Assembly (NCBI RefSeq): GCF_037889915.1
Contig: NZ_JBBKZV010000010.1
Location: forward strand, 15,387 to 39,386
Reading direction: 5' to 3'
Length of the DNA stretch: 24,000 nucleotides
Source: Variovorax humicola
GTDB taxonomy: Bacteria; Pseudomonadota; Gammaproteobacteria; Burkholderiales; Burkholderiaceae_C
Under the pieces are notes generated by a model, which was not told the origin of the DNA, did not search any database, and saw only the letters and a list, made by a program, of their open reading frames with translations. Position 1 is the first letter of the stretch; each line of letters starts with the position of its first letter. Positions 16,525 through 24,000 of this stretch are shown one piece after another. Both the position numbers and the translations under genes were made by a program.

Positions 16525-16811
16525 CTACCGAAAACGAATGGCCCCTGTGGGAAGTTTTCGTCCGCAGCAAGGCGGGCCTGGACCACAAGCATTGCGGCAG
16601 CCTGCATGCCGCCGACTCGAAGATGGCCATCCAGATGGCGCGCGACGTCTACACGCGCCGGCAGGAAGGCTGCAGCGTCTGGGTGGTGCGCTCCGAGCAG
16701 ATCGTGGCAAGCGACCCCGGCGACAAGGACATGTACTTCGACCCGGCCGAAGACAAGGTCTACCGCCACCCGACCTTCTACGTGCTGCCCAAGGCCGTGG
16801 ACCACATGTGA
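16521..16811 (+). CDS. paaB: 1,2-phenylacetyl-CoA epoxidase subunit PaaB
   Basis: The 96-aa product, WPLWEVFVRSKAGLDHKHCGSLHAADSKMAIQMARDVYTRR...DKDMYFDPAEDKVYRHPTFY, is the conserved PaaB signature. Confidence 0.93.
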   Translation: MTTENEWPLWEVFVRSKAGLDHKHCGSLHAADSKMAIQMARDVYTRRQEGCSVWVVRSEQIVASDPGDKDMYFDPAEDKVYRHPTFYVLPKAVDHM

Positions 16812-16821
16812 GCGCGTCGCC

Positions 16822-17595
16822 ATGCAATCGTCCATCGAACTCCAACTGACGCCTTCCGCGCAGTACCTGCTGCGCATCGGCGACACCTGCCTGATCCTCG
16901 CCCAGCGGCTCGGCGAATGGTGCGGCCATGCGCCCATCCTCGAGGAAGACATCGCCATGTCGAACATCGCGCTCGACCTCATCGGCCAGGCGCGGGCCTT
17001 GCTGACGCGGGCCGGTGAAATCGAAGGCCGGCAACACGACGAAGACCAGCTGGCCTTCCTTCGCAACGAGCGCGATTACTTCAACCTGACGATGGTCGAA
17101 CTGCCGCGCGGCGACTTCGCTTTCAGCGTGCTGCGCAACACCATGGTCTCGACCTGGCTCAAGCTGCTGTGGGAACGGCTCGCGAATTCGACCGATCCCG
17201 AGGTCAACGCGATTGCCGGCAAGGCGCTGAAGGAAGCGCGCTATCACCAGCAGCATTCGGGCGATTGGGTGGTGCGCCTGGGCGACGGGACCGACGAGTC
17301 GCGCAATCGCATGAAGGCCGCGCTCGAACAACTGGGGCGCTATGTGGCCGAGATGTTCGACACCGATGCCGTCGACGAACAGGCCCATGAAGCCGGCATG
17401 GGGCCGCTCTGGTCCGAGCTGAAGGCGCCGTGGCAGGCGGAGATGCAACAGATCCTGGACGAAGCCGGCCTCGCGATGCCCGCCGAATCCGCCTTCCGCA
17501 GCGAAGGCAAGCGCGGCATGCACAGCGAGCACATGGGCTTCATCCTGACCGACATGCAGTACCTGCAGCGCAGCTTTCCCGGAGGCGTGTGGTGA
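16822..17595 (+). CDS. paaC: 1,2-phenylacetyl-CoA epoxidase subunit PaaC
   Basis: YLLRIGDTCLILAQRLGEWCGHAPILEEDIAMSNIALDLIGQAR is a ferritin-like PaaC sequence. The gene lies between paaB and paaD. The track ORF start at 16606 overlaps paaB out of frame. Confidence 0.9.
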   Translation: MQSSIELQLTPSAQYLLRIGDTCLILAQRLGEWCGHAPILEEDIAMSNIALDLIGQARALLTRAGEIEGRQHDEDQLAFLRNERDYFNLTMVELPRGDFAFSVLRNTMVSTWLKLLWERLANSTDPEVNAIAGKALKEARYHQQHSGDWVVRLGDGTDESRNRMKAALEQLGRYVAEMFDTDAVDEQAHEAGMGPLWSELKAPWQAEMQQILDEAGLAMPAESAFRSEGKRGMHSEHMGFILTDMQYLQRSFPGGVW

Positions 17596-18128
17596 CGCTG
17601 GAACTGGTTGCCGCGGACGTACAGGGCGAGCGCCTGCGCGCGGCCTGGGACGTGCTCGCATCGGTGCTCGACCCCGAGGTGCCCGCCGTTTCGGTGCGTG
17701 ACCTCGGCATCGTGCGCGACGTGATCGAGCACGACGACGGGCTCGAGATCGTGCTGACGCCGACCTACTCCGGCTGCCCCGCGACCGAGGTGATCGAGCA
17801 CGACGTGTTGGCCGCCGTCGATGCCGCGGGCCTCGGCCCGGCCCGCGTCAGCCTGCGCCGCGCACCGGCCTGGACCACCGACTGGATCAGCGCCGAAGGC
17901 CGCCGCAAGCTCGCCGAATACGGCATTGCGCCACCCGGCCCGGCGACTTCGCAGGAAGCGGCACCCGTCCGGTTCTTCGGCCGTCGCAGCGAGGCGGAAA
18001 AACTCGCCTGCCCACGCTGCGGCAGTTTCCACACCGAGCGGCTCGCGGCCTTCGGTTCCACCGCATGCAAGGCGATCTACCGTTGCCTGACCTGCAAAGA
18101 GCCCTTCGAGCACTTCAAGCCGATCTGA
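17592..18128 (+). CDS. paaD: 1,2-phenylacetyl-CoA epoxidase subunit PaaD (DUF59/MIP18-like domain plus C-terminal Cys4 ribbon)
   Basis: LDPEVPAVSVRDLGIVRDV...TPTYSGCPA is followed by CPRCGS...CLTC. The GTG start at 17592 overlaps the paaC TGA (GTGA), with GGAGG at 17581-17585. A GTG at 17589 is an alternative. Confidence 0.85.
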   Translation: MTLELVAADVQGERLRAAWDVLASVLDPEVPAVSVRDLGIVRDVIEHDDGLEIVLTPTYSGCPATEVIEHDVLAAVDAAGLGPARVSLRRAPAWTTDWISAEGRRKLAEYGIAPPGPATSQEAAPVRFFGRRSEAEKLACPRCGSFHTERLAAFGSTACKAIYRCLTCKEPFEHFKPI

Positions 18129-18139
18129 TCGAGAACACC

Positions 18140-19225
18140 ATGAGCGTCATGTTCCATCCACTGCGTGTTCGCGCCATCGAGCCCGATACGCAAGAGGCTG
18201 TCATCGTCTCCTTCGACGTGCCGCCCGACCTGCGGGAAGTGTTCGGCTTTACGCAGGGCCAGTACCTCACCTTGCGCACCGACATCGACGGGCAGGACCT
18301 ACGCCGTTCGTATTCGATCTGCGCCGGTGTCGACGACGGCGAACTGCGCGTCGGCGTGCGCAAGGTGCGCGGCGGCGTGTTCTCCAACTGGATCAACGAA
18401 CACCTGCAGCCCGGCCACACCGTGCAGGTCATGGCGCCGCAGGGCCGCTTCTTCGTGCCGCTCGATCCGAAGTCGCAACGCCATCACGTCGGCATTGCCG
18501 GCGGCAGCGGCATCACGCCCATCCTTTCCATCATGAAGACGGTGCTGGCGCGCGAGCCGAAAAGCCGCTTCACGTTGATCTACGGCAACCGCCTGCTTCA
18601 ATCGACGATGTTCAAGGAAGAGATCGAAGACCTCAAGAACCGCTACATGACGCGGCTGGTGCTGCAGCACGTGTTCTCCGACGAGCACACCGACGCGCCG
18701 ATCAACCATGGCGTGATGGACCGCGCGAAGATCGGCGAATTCCTGAAGAGCATCGTGCCGGCGGCCGGCATCGACCACGTGTTCGTGTGCGGACCGTTCC
18801 AAATGAACGACGAGGCCGAGGCCGCGCTGCTCGACGCCGGCGTGCCCGAGGAGCGCATCCACATCGAGCGCTTCGGTGTCGCGTTGCCATCCACCGGCCC
18901 CGTCGGCGCCGTGGTGCACGAGGCCAAGCCCGGCGATGCCGAGACGGCGCGCATCGTCATCGTGCGCGACGGGTTGCACCGGGAGATCTCGTTCACCAAG
19001 AACCAGCCGAGCATTCTCGATGCCGCATCGGCCGCGGGGCTGGAGGTTCCGTATTCCTGCACTTCCGGCGTGTGCGGCACCTGCCGCGCCAAGCTGATCG
19101 AGGGCGAGGTGCGCATGGAGCGCAACTTTGCGCTGGACAAGAAGGAAGTGGCCAGCGGCTTCATCCTGACCTGCCAGGCGCACCCGCTGACAGAGCGTGT
19201 CGTTCTCTCATTCGACGAACGCTGA
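18140..19225 (+). CDS. paaE: 1,2-phenylacetyl-CoA epoxidase reductase subunit PaaE (FNR-like FAD/NAD domains plus plant-type [2Fe-2S] ferredoxin)
   Basis: The motifs are RSYSIC (FAD), GIAGGSGITP (NAD) and the C-terminal CTSGVCGTCRAKL...LTCQA cluster motif. Confidence 0.93.
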   Translation: MSVMFHPLRVRAIEPDTQEAVIVSFDVPPDLREVFGFTQGQYLTLRTDIDGQDLRRSYSICAGVDDGELRVGVRKVRGGVFSNWINEHLQPGHTVQVMAPQGRFFVPLDPKSQRHHVGIAGGSGITPILSIMKTVLAREPKSRFTLIYGNRLLQSTMFKEEIEDLKNRYMTRLVLQHVFSDEHTDAPINHGVMDRAKIGEFLKSIVPAAGIDHVFVCGPFQMNDEAEAALLDAGVPEERIHIERFGVALPSTGPVGAVVHEAKPGDAETARIVIVRDGLHREISFTKNQPSILDAASAAGLEVPYSCTSGVCGTCRAKLIEGEVRMERNFALDKKEVASGFILTCQAHPLTERVVLSFDER

Positions 19226-19465
19226 TGCACCCGAATGCACCGCGCCCGGTGCGCCATGCGGCGTTGCTCCTCCTTGTGGGCATGAGCCCGCGGCGTCGTC
19301 GCGCCTTGCCTGGCGCGGCGATCGCGACGCACTCGGGCGCATCGGCCTCCATCTCGAGGCACAAGGCGCACGGGTACATCCCGATGACGACGATGCAATG
19401 AAAACCGTCAACTACCGCTGGCACTTCGCCTTCCATTTTTCAAGAAACACCACCTCGGAGAAGAC

Positions 19466-20611
19466 ATGAAATCTTTCAAGCCACTGCTGCTGATTGCCCT
19501 GCTCGGGGCTGCCGTTGCCGCACAGGCCGACGTCAACGTCGGCGTCACGCTGTCGGCCACCGGGCCGGCGGCATCGCTCGGCATCCCGGAGAAGAACACG
19601 ATCGCGCTGATGCCCAAGACCATCGGCGGGCAGAAGGTCAACTACATCCTGCTCGACGATGCGTCCGACACGACCGCGGCGGTGGCCAACACGCGCAAGC
19701 TCATCGCGGAAAGCAAGGTCGACGTGGTGCTCGGCTCGACCGTCACGCCGGCTTCGCTGGCGATGATCGACGTGATCTCCGAGGCGAAGACGCCGATGAT
19801 CTCGATGGCCGCCTCGGCGCGCATCGTCGAGCCGATGGACGACAAGCGCAAGTGGGTCTTCAAAACGCCGCAGAACGACATCATGATGTCACTTGCCATT
19901 GCCGAGCACATGCAGAAGTCGGGCGTGAAGACGGTCGGCTTCATCGGCTTCTCCGACGCGTACGGCGAAGGCTGGTACCAGGAGTTCGGCAAGGCCGCCG
20001 GGCTCAAGGGCCTGACCATCGTCGCCAACGAGCGCTTCAGCCGCAGCGACACGTCCGTCACCGGCCAGGCGCTGAAGATCCTGTCGGCCAAGCCTGATGC
20101 GGTGCTGGTCGCCGGCTCTGGCACCCCGGCCGCGCTGCCCCAGAAGACGCTGAAGGAGCGCGGCTATGCCGGCAAGATGTACCAGACGCACGGCGTGGCG
20201 AACGGCGACTTCCTGCGCGTGGGCGGCAAGGATGTCGAGGGCACCTTCCTGCCCGCAGGGCCGGTGCTCGTAGCCGACCAGCTGCCCGCCGGGAACCCGG
20301 TGAAGAAGAGCGCGCTGGCGTACATCGCGGCCTATGAGGGCGCGAATGGCAAGGGCAGTGTCTCTACCTTCGGCGGCCACGCATGGGACGCCGGCCTGCT
20401 GATGGCGGCCGCGGTTCCGGTCGCACTGAAGAAGGCGCAACCCGGTACGCCGGAGTTCCGCGTCGCGTTGCGCGACGCACTGGAGCAGGTCAATGAATTG
20501 CCCGGCGCGCACGGCATCTTCACCATGTCGCCGACCGATCACCTCGGGCTCGACCAGCGCGCACGCGTGATGGTCAAGATCGAGAACGGCGCCTGGAAAT
20601 TCCAGCCCTGA
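19466..20611 (+). CDS. ABC transporter periplasmic substrate-binding protein, Leu/Ile/Val-binding (LivK/PBP type 1) family
   Basis: It has a signal peptide (MKSFKPLLLIALLGAAVAAQA/DV). The 381-aa length and VGVTLSATGPAASLGIPEKN are typical of this family. GGAGAAG lies upstream of the ATG. The ligand is unknown. Confidence 0.88.
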   Translation: MKSFKPLLLIALLGAAVAAQADVNVGVTLSATGPAASLGIPEKNTIALMPKTIGGQKVNYILLDDASDTTAAVANTRKLIAESKVDVVLGSTVTPASLAMIDVISEAKTPMISMAASARIVEPMDDKRKWVFKTPQNDIMMSLAIAEHMQKSGVKTVGFIGFSDAYGEGWYQEFGKAAGLKGLTIVANERFSRSDTSVTGQALKILSAKPDAVLVAGSGTPAALPQKTLKERGYAGKMYQTHGVANGDFLRVGGKDVEGTFLPAGPVLVADQLPAGNPVKKSALAYIAAYEGANGKGSVSTFGGHAWDAGLLMAAAVPVALKKAQPGTPEFRVALRDALEQVNELPGAHGIFTMSPTDHLGLDQRARVMVKIENGAWKFQP

Positions 20612-20640
20612 GCTTCGGCTTGCCCCATAGAAAGTAATTC

Positions 20641-21669
20641 ATGGACGCACAGATCGCCCTGCTGCTTGCGCAGGACGGCCTCGTGAATGGTGCGGTGTAC
20701 GGATTGATGGCGCTGGCCCTGGTGCTGGTCTTTTCCGTCACCCGCGTCATCTTCATTCCGCAAGGCGAATTCGTGGCCTTCGGCGCGCTGTCGATGGCCA
20801 TGATGCAGGCCGGCCGCGTGCCGGCGACGCTGTGGCTGCTGCTGGTGCTCGCCGCGCTGGCGCTGATCGTCGAGGCATGGCGCTGGAAGCGCGGCCTCAC
20901 GGTCGAGTGGACGTCTGCGCTGCTGTGGTGCGTGGCATTCCCGCTGGCCGCCTGCGCGCTCGCATTGGCATGGAAGCCCACTGGCGTCGCGGCGCAAGCC
21001 GTCACGACGCTGGTGCTGATCATGCCGCTCGGGCCGCTGCTCTATCGCCTCGCATTCCGGCCGATGGTCAATGCCACGGTGCTGACGCTGCTGATCGTCT
21101 CTGTCGCGCTGCATGGCGTGCTGGTGGGGCTCGGCTTGCTGTTCTTCGGTGCCGAAGGTTCGCGCACGCCGGCCTTCTCGGACGCACGCTTCGACCTGGC
21201 CGGCCTGCAGGTGACAGGGCAATCGATCGTCGTCATCGGCGTGACCTTCGTGCTGGTGGTGCTGATGTTCCAGTTCTTCGGCCGCTCGATGGTCGGCAAG
21301 GCCTTGCGTGCGACGGCGATGAACCGTGTCGGCGCCCGGCTGATGGGCATTCCGACGGAGTTGGCGGGCGATGTGAGCTTTGCGCTGGCGGCGCTCATCG
21401 GCGCGGTGTCGGGCCTGTTGATCGCGCCACTGACCACGGTCTACTACGACACGGGCTTTCTCATCGGCCTGAAGGGGTTCGTGGCCGCGATCGTTGGTGG
21501 GCTGGGCAGCTATCCGGCGGCCTTGCTCGGCGCGCTGCTGGTCGGGCAACTCGAATCGTTTTCTTCCTTCTGGGCCAGCGCCTTCAAGGAGGTCCTGGTG
21601 TTCACGCTGATCATTCCGGTGCTGTGGTGGCGCTCGCTGCGCAGCCATCATGTGGAGGATGAGGAATGA
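20641..21669 (+). CDS. Branched-chain-amino-acid-type ABC transporter permease (LivH-like)
   Basis: The product is polytopic and hydrophobic, with a LivH-like N-terminus ([18 protein letters not shown]) and C-terminal [17 protein letters not shown]. At 342 aa it is somewhat longer than typical LivH. Confidence 0.88.
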   Translation: MDAQIALLLAQDGLVNGAVYGLMALALVLVFSVTRVIFIPQGEFVAFGALSMAMMQAGRVPATLWLLLVLAALALIVEAWRWKRGLTVEWTSALLWCVAFPLAACALALAWKPTGVAAQAVTTLVLIMPLGPLLYRLAFRPMVNATVLTLLIVSVALHGVLVGLGLLFFGAEGSRTPAFSDARFDLAGLQVTGQSIVVIGVTFVLVVLMFQFFGRSMVGKALRATAMNRVGARLMGIPTELAGDVSFALAALIGAVSGLLIAPLTTVYYDTGFLIGLKGFVAAIVGGLGSYPAALLGALLVGQLESFSSFWASAFKEVLVFTLIIPVLWWRSLRSHHVEDEE

Positions 21670-21731
21670 ACGCCGCACGGCCGCTTGAAGGCGTTCGCAC
21701 CGTAGCGCGCAGCGCGGAGGTTTTCCAATGA
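21666..21731 (+). repeat. Copy B of the 62-bp element; mini-[28 protein letters not shown]-coupled to the livH-like stop and to copy C
   Basis: The ATG at 21666-21668 overlaps the permease TGA (21667-21669). Its TGA (21729-21731) overlaps the next ATG (21728). It matches copy C at 59/62 positions. Confidence 0.88.
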
Positions 21732-21793
21732 ACGCCGCACGGCCGCCCGAAGGCGTTCGCACCGTAGCGCGTAGCGCGGAGGTTTTCCAATGA
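21728..21793 (+). repeat. Copy C of the 62-bp element; mini-ORF MNAARPPEGVRTVARSAEVFQ, ATGA-coupled to copy B and to the downstream permease/ATPase gene
   Basis: It starts exactly 62 bp after copy B. Its TGA (21791-21793) overlaps the ATG at 21790. GGAGG at 21778-21782 serves as the SD for the 21790 start. Confidence 0.88.
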
Positions 21794-23661
21794 ACACGTC
21801 AGTCAAGAATCCGGCGTTGTCCGCAGCGACATCGGGCGGGCTGCTCACGCGCCGCCATCTCACGCTGGCCGCCATCGCGTTGCTCGCGGGGGTCTGGGGC
21901 TGGCTGCCCGAATTCACCGTCGTGGTGATGAGCTACATCGGCCTCTATGCGCTCGTCGCCGTGGGCCTTGCGATGCTCACCGGCGTCGGCGGCATGACCT
22001 CATTCGGGCAGGCCGCGTTCGTCGGCATGGGCGCCTATGCGACGGCATGGTCCTGCACTTCGCCGTGGGCCGCATCGACCATCGGCGCGGTGGTGGGCAC
22101 GGGATTGCTGCCCTGGGTCGGCCTGCTGCTCGGCTTGGCGCTGACCTTCGCACTGGCCTGGATGCTCGGTGCCGTCACGGTCAAGCTGCAAGGCCACTAC
22201 CTGCCGCTGTGCACCATTGCCTGGGGCCTGAGCCTCTACTACCTGTTCGGCAACATGGAGTTCCTCGGCGGCCAGACCGGCATCACCGGGGTGCCGGCGC
22301 TGGTGATTGCCGGCTGGTCGCTGGCCTCGCCGCGCGCGCTGGGCATCGTGATCTGGGCCGTGCTGCTGATCGCCTTGTGGCTGTTGCACAACCTGCTCGA
22401 TTCGCGCGAAGGGCGCGCGGTGCGTGCACTCAAGAACGGCCGGCTCATGGCCGAGTCGATGGGTGTGGACACGGCCCGCTATCGCATCAAGCTGTTCGTG
22501 CTCGCGGCCCTGATGGCGGCGATTTCCGGCTGGCTCTATGCGCACATGCAGCGCTTCGTGAACCCGACGCCGTTCAATCTCAACATTGGCATCGAGTACC
22601 TGTTCATGGCGGTGGTCGGCGGTGCCGGACACCTGTGGGGCGCGGTGCTCGGCGCGGCGTTGATCACGCTGCTCAAGGAGAAGTTGCAGGACATTCTTCC
22701 GGGGCTGCTCGGGTCGAGCGGCAATTTCGAGGTGATCGTGTTCGGCCTGCTGATGCTGCTGGTGTTGCAGCGCTTCGCGGAAGGCTTGTGGCCTGCGTTG
22801 GAGCGCCTGGGCCAGCGCTTCCTGCGAGCGGATGCGGCACCCGCGCCGCGCGGCATGGCAGCGCTGGCGCGCCGCGTGTTGCCGGCGCGCGGCACGGTGC
22901 TGCTGCAGTCGTCCAGCGTCACCAAGCGCTTCGGCGGGCTGGTCGCCAACAACTCGGTCTCGATGAACGTGAAGGCCGGCGAGATCCACGCATTGATCGG
23001 CCCCAACGGTGCGGGAAAGAGCACCTTCTTCAACATGATCTCGGGCGTCGACGATCCGACCGAAGGCGAGGTGCGCCTGATGGACAAACCCATGCGCGAA
23101 TTGCCCGCGCGCGACTTCGCGTCGCTGGGCCTGGGCCGCACCTTCCAGCACGTGCGCCTGCTGGGGCAGCGAAGCGTGATCGAGAACGTGGCGCTCGGCG
23201 CGCACCTTCGCGCCAAACGCGGCTGGGTTGCTTCGATGCTGCGGCTCGACCGTGGCGAAGAGGCGGCATTGCTGGCCGAAGCGCGCCACCAGATCGAGCG
23301 ATGCGGCCTCGGCGCGCATGCCGACACGCCAGCCGCTTCGCTCGCGCTGGGCCAGCAGCGCGTGGTCGAGATTGCACGTGCGCTGGCAAGCCAGCCGGCC
23401 GTGCTGCTGCTCGACGAGCCTGCGGCGGGACTGCGCCACCTGGAAAAACGCGCACTGGCCGAACTGCTTTCGCAGCTGCGCGCCGAAGGCCTCGGCATCC
23501 TGGTGGTCGAGCACGACATGGAGTTCGTCATGAACCTGGCCGACCGCATCACGGTGCTGGAGTTCGGCACGGTGATCGCCGAAGGCAAGCCGGCCGAAGT
23601 GCAAGCCAACCCGCGCGTGCTCGATGCCTACCTGGGCGGCGCGGAGGAGGTGACGCCATGA
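21790..23661 (+). CDS. Fused LivM-like permease / LivG-like ATP-binding protein of a branched-chain-amino-acid-type ABC transporter
   Basis: The N-terminal ~350 aa are polytopic (LivM-like). The C-terminal ~260 aa carry Walker A GPNGAGKSTFFN, the signature-region LALGQQRVVEIARAL, and Walker B VLLLDEPAAGL. Confidence 0.9.
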   Translation: MNTSVKNPALSAATSGGLLTRRHLTLAAIALLAGVWGWLPEFTVVVMSYIGLYALVAVGLAMLTGVGGMTSFGQAAFVGMGAYATAWSCTSPWAASTIGAVVGTGLLPWVGLLLGLALTFALAWMLGAVTVKLQGHYLPLCTIAWGLSLYYLFGNMEFLGGQTGITGVPALVIAGWSLASPRALGIVIWAVLLIALWLLHNLLDSREGRAVRALKNGRLMAESMGVDTARYRIKLFVLAALMAAISGWLYAHMQRFVNPTPFNLNIGIEYLFMAVVGGAGHLWGAVLGAALITLLKEKLQDILPGLLGSSGNFEVIVFGLLMLLVLQRFAEGLWPALERLGQRFLRADAAPAPRGMAALARRVLPARGTVLLQSSSVTKRFGGLVANNSVSMNVKAGEIHALIGPNGAGKSTFFNMISGVDDPTEGEVRLMDKPMRELPARDFASLGLGRTFQHVRLLGQRSVIENVALGAHLRAKRGWVASMLRLDRGEEAALLAEARHQIERCGLGAHADTPAASLALGQQRVVEIARALASQPAVLLLDEPAAGLRHLEKRALAELLSQLRAEGLGILVVEHDMEFVMNLADRITVLEFGTVIAEGKPAEVQANPRVLDAYLGGAEEVTP

Positions 23662-24000
23662 CTGCACTGTTGAAGCTGGAAAATTTCTGCGTCTCCTACC
23701 GCACGGTCGAAGCGCTGCACAGCATCGAACTCGAAGTCGACGAGGGCGAGATCGTCACCGTGATCGGCCCCAATGGCGCCGGCAAGACCACGCTGCTGTG
23801 CGCGGCGATGGGCCTGCTGGCGTCGAGCGGTTCGCTCACGCTGGCCGGCGAGCGCATTGCGCGCCCGACCGTCGAAGCGATGGTTGCACGCGGCGTTGCA
23901 CTGGTACCGGAAAAGCGCGAGCTGTTCGGCGAGATGTCGGTCGAGGACAACCTGCTGCTCGGCGGCTTCTACCGCTGGCGCAAGGGGCAGCGCAACCAGA
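23658..24000 (+). CDS. LivF-like ABC transporter ATP-binding protein (5' part; runs off the window end)
   Basis: This ORF is absent from the track because no stop is reached. My translation from the ATG at 23658 (ATGA overlap with the previous stop) gives MTALLKLENFCVSYRTVEALHSIELEVDEGEIVTVIGPNGAGKTTLL...VALVPEKRELFGEMSVEDNLLLG, with Walker A present. Confidence 0.85.
   Translation, partial: MTALLKLENFCVSYRTVEALHSIELEVDEGEIVTVIGPNGAGKTTLLCAAMGLLASSGSLTLAGERIARPTVEAMVARGVALVPEKRELFGEMSVEDNLLLGGFYRWRKGQRNQ

Noticed and set aside
19226-19465. Small ORFs (for example 19197-19469 +, 19161-19436 -) and the hairpin GCACCG-cgcc-CGGTGC (19237-19252) in the paaE/ABC gap, considered as genes or a terminator.
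   Set aside because: The ORFs are compositionally biased and lack an RBS. The 6-bp hairpin has no T-tract, so the evidence is too weak to annotate either. The gap probably holds the transporter promoter, but I could not identify convincing -35/-10 boxes.
21666-21793. Reading the tandem 62-bp repeats as a miniature CRISPR array or as a transcription terminator.
   Set aside because: The units are directly adjacent with no spacers, and no cas genes or leader are present. No U-tract follows the hairpins, and the units sit inside an operon in exact stop/start overlap. A terminator would silence the downstream transporter genes.

Overview
This is a high-GC chromosomal segment. Gene content and protein sequences look Burkholderiales/Comamonadaceae-like, which is an inference. 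Nearly all genes are on the + strand and most are tightly packed, often with ATGA stop/start overlaps. Four blocks are visible. (1) 46-1802: pxpB-pxpC, 5-oxoprolinase/KipI-KipA type subunits. (2) 1892-7326: a GntR/HutC regulator followed by an orphan three-subunit molybdenum hydroxylase of the xanthine dehydrogenase/CoxLMS family. Its [2Fe-2S] subunit is fused to a CoxG/SRPBCC domain, and a perfect 10-bp inverted repeat lies upstream. (3) 7340-8586: a small hypothetical ORF and a convergent signal-peptide TPR membrane protein. (4) 8902-19225: a phenylacetate (paa) catabolic cluster with paaR(TetR)<-paaY on the minus strand, divergent from paaG-paaI-paaK-pac-paaABCDE. The pac gene is a clear penicillin G acylase orthologue carrying a lipoprotein signal. 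Next comes a Liv-type ABC importer (binding protein, permease, permease-ATPase fusion, and a second ATPase truncated at the window end). The most unusual signal is a dispersed 62-bp element present three times, once between paaA and paaB and twice in tandem between the two ABC permease genes. Each copy sits in an exact ATGA stop/start overlap at both ends, carries a GGAGG Shine-Dalgarno, and forms an open 21-codon mini-ORF. It also has a hairpin supported by a compensatory base-pair change. I found no tRNA, rRNA, CRISPR array, transposase or integrase.
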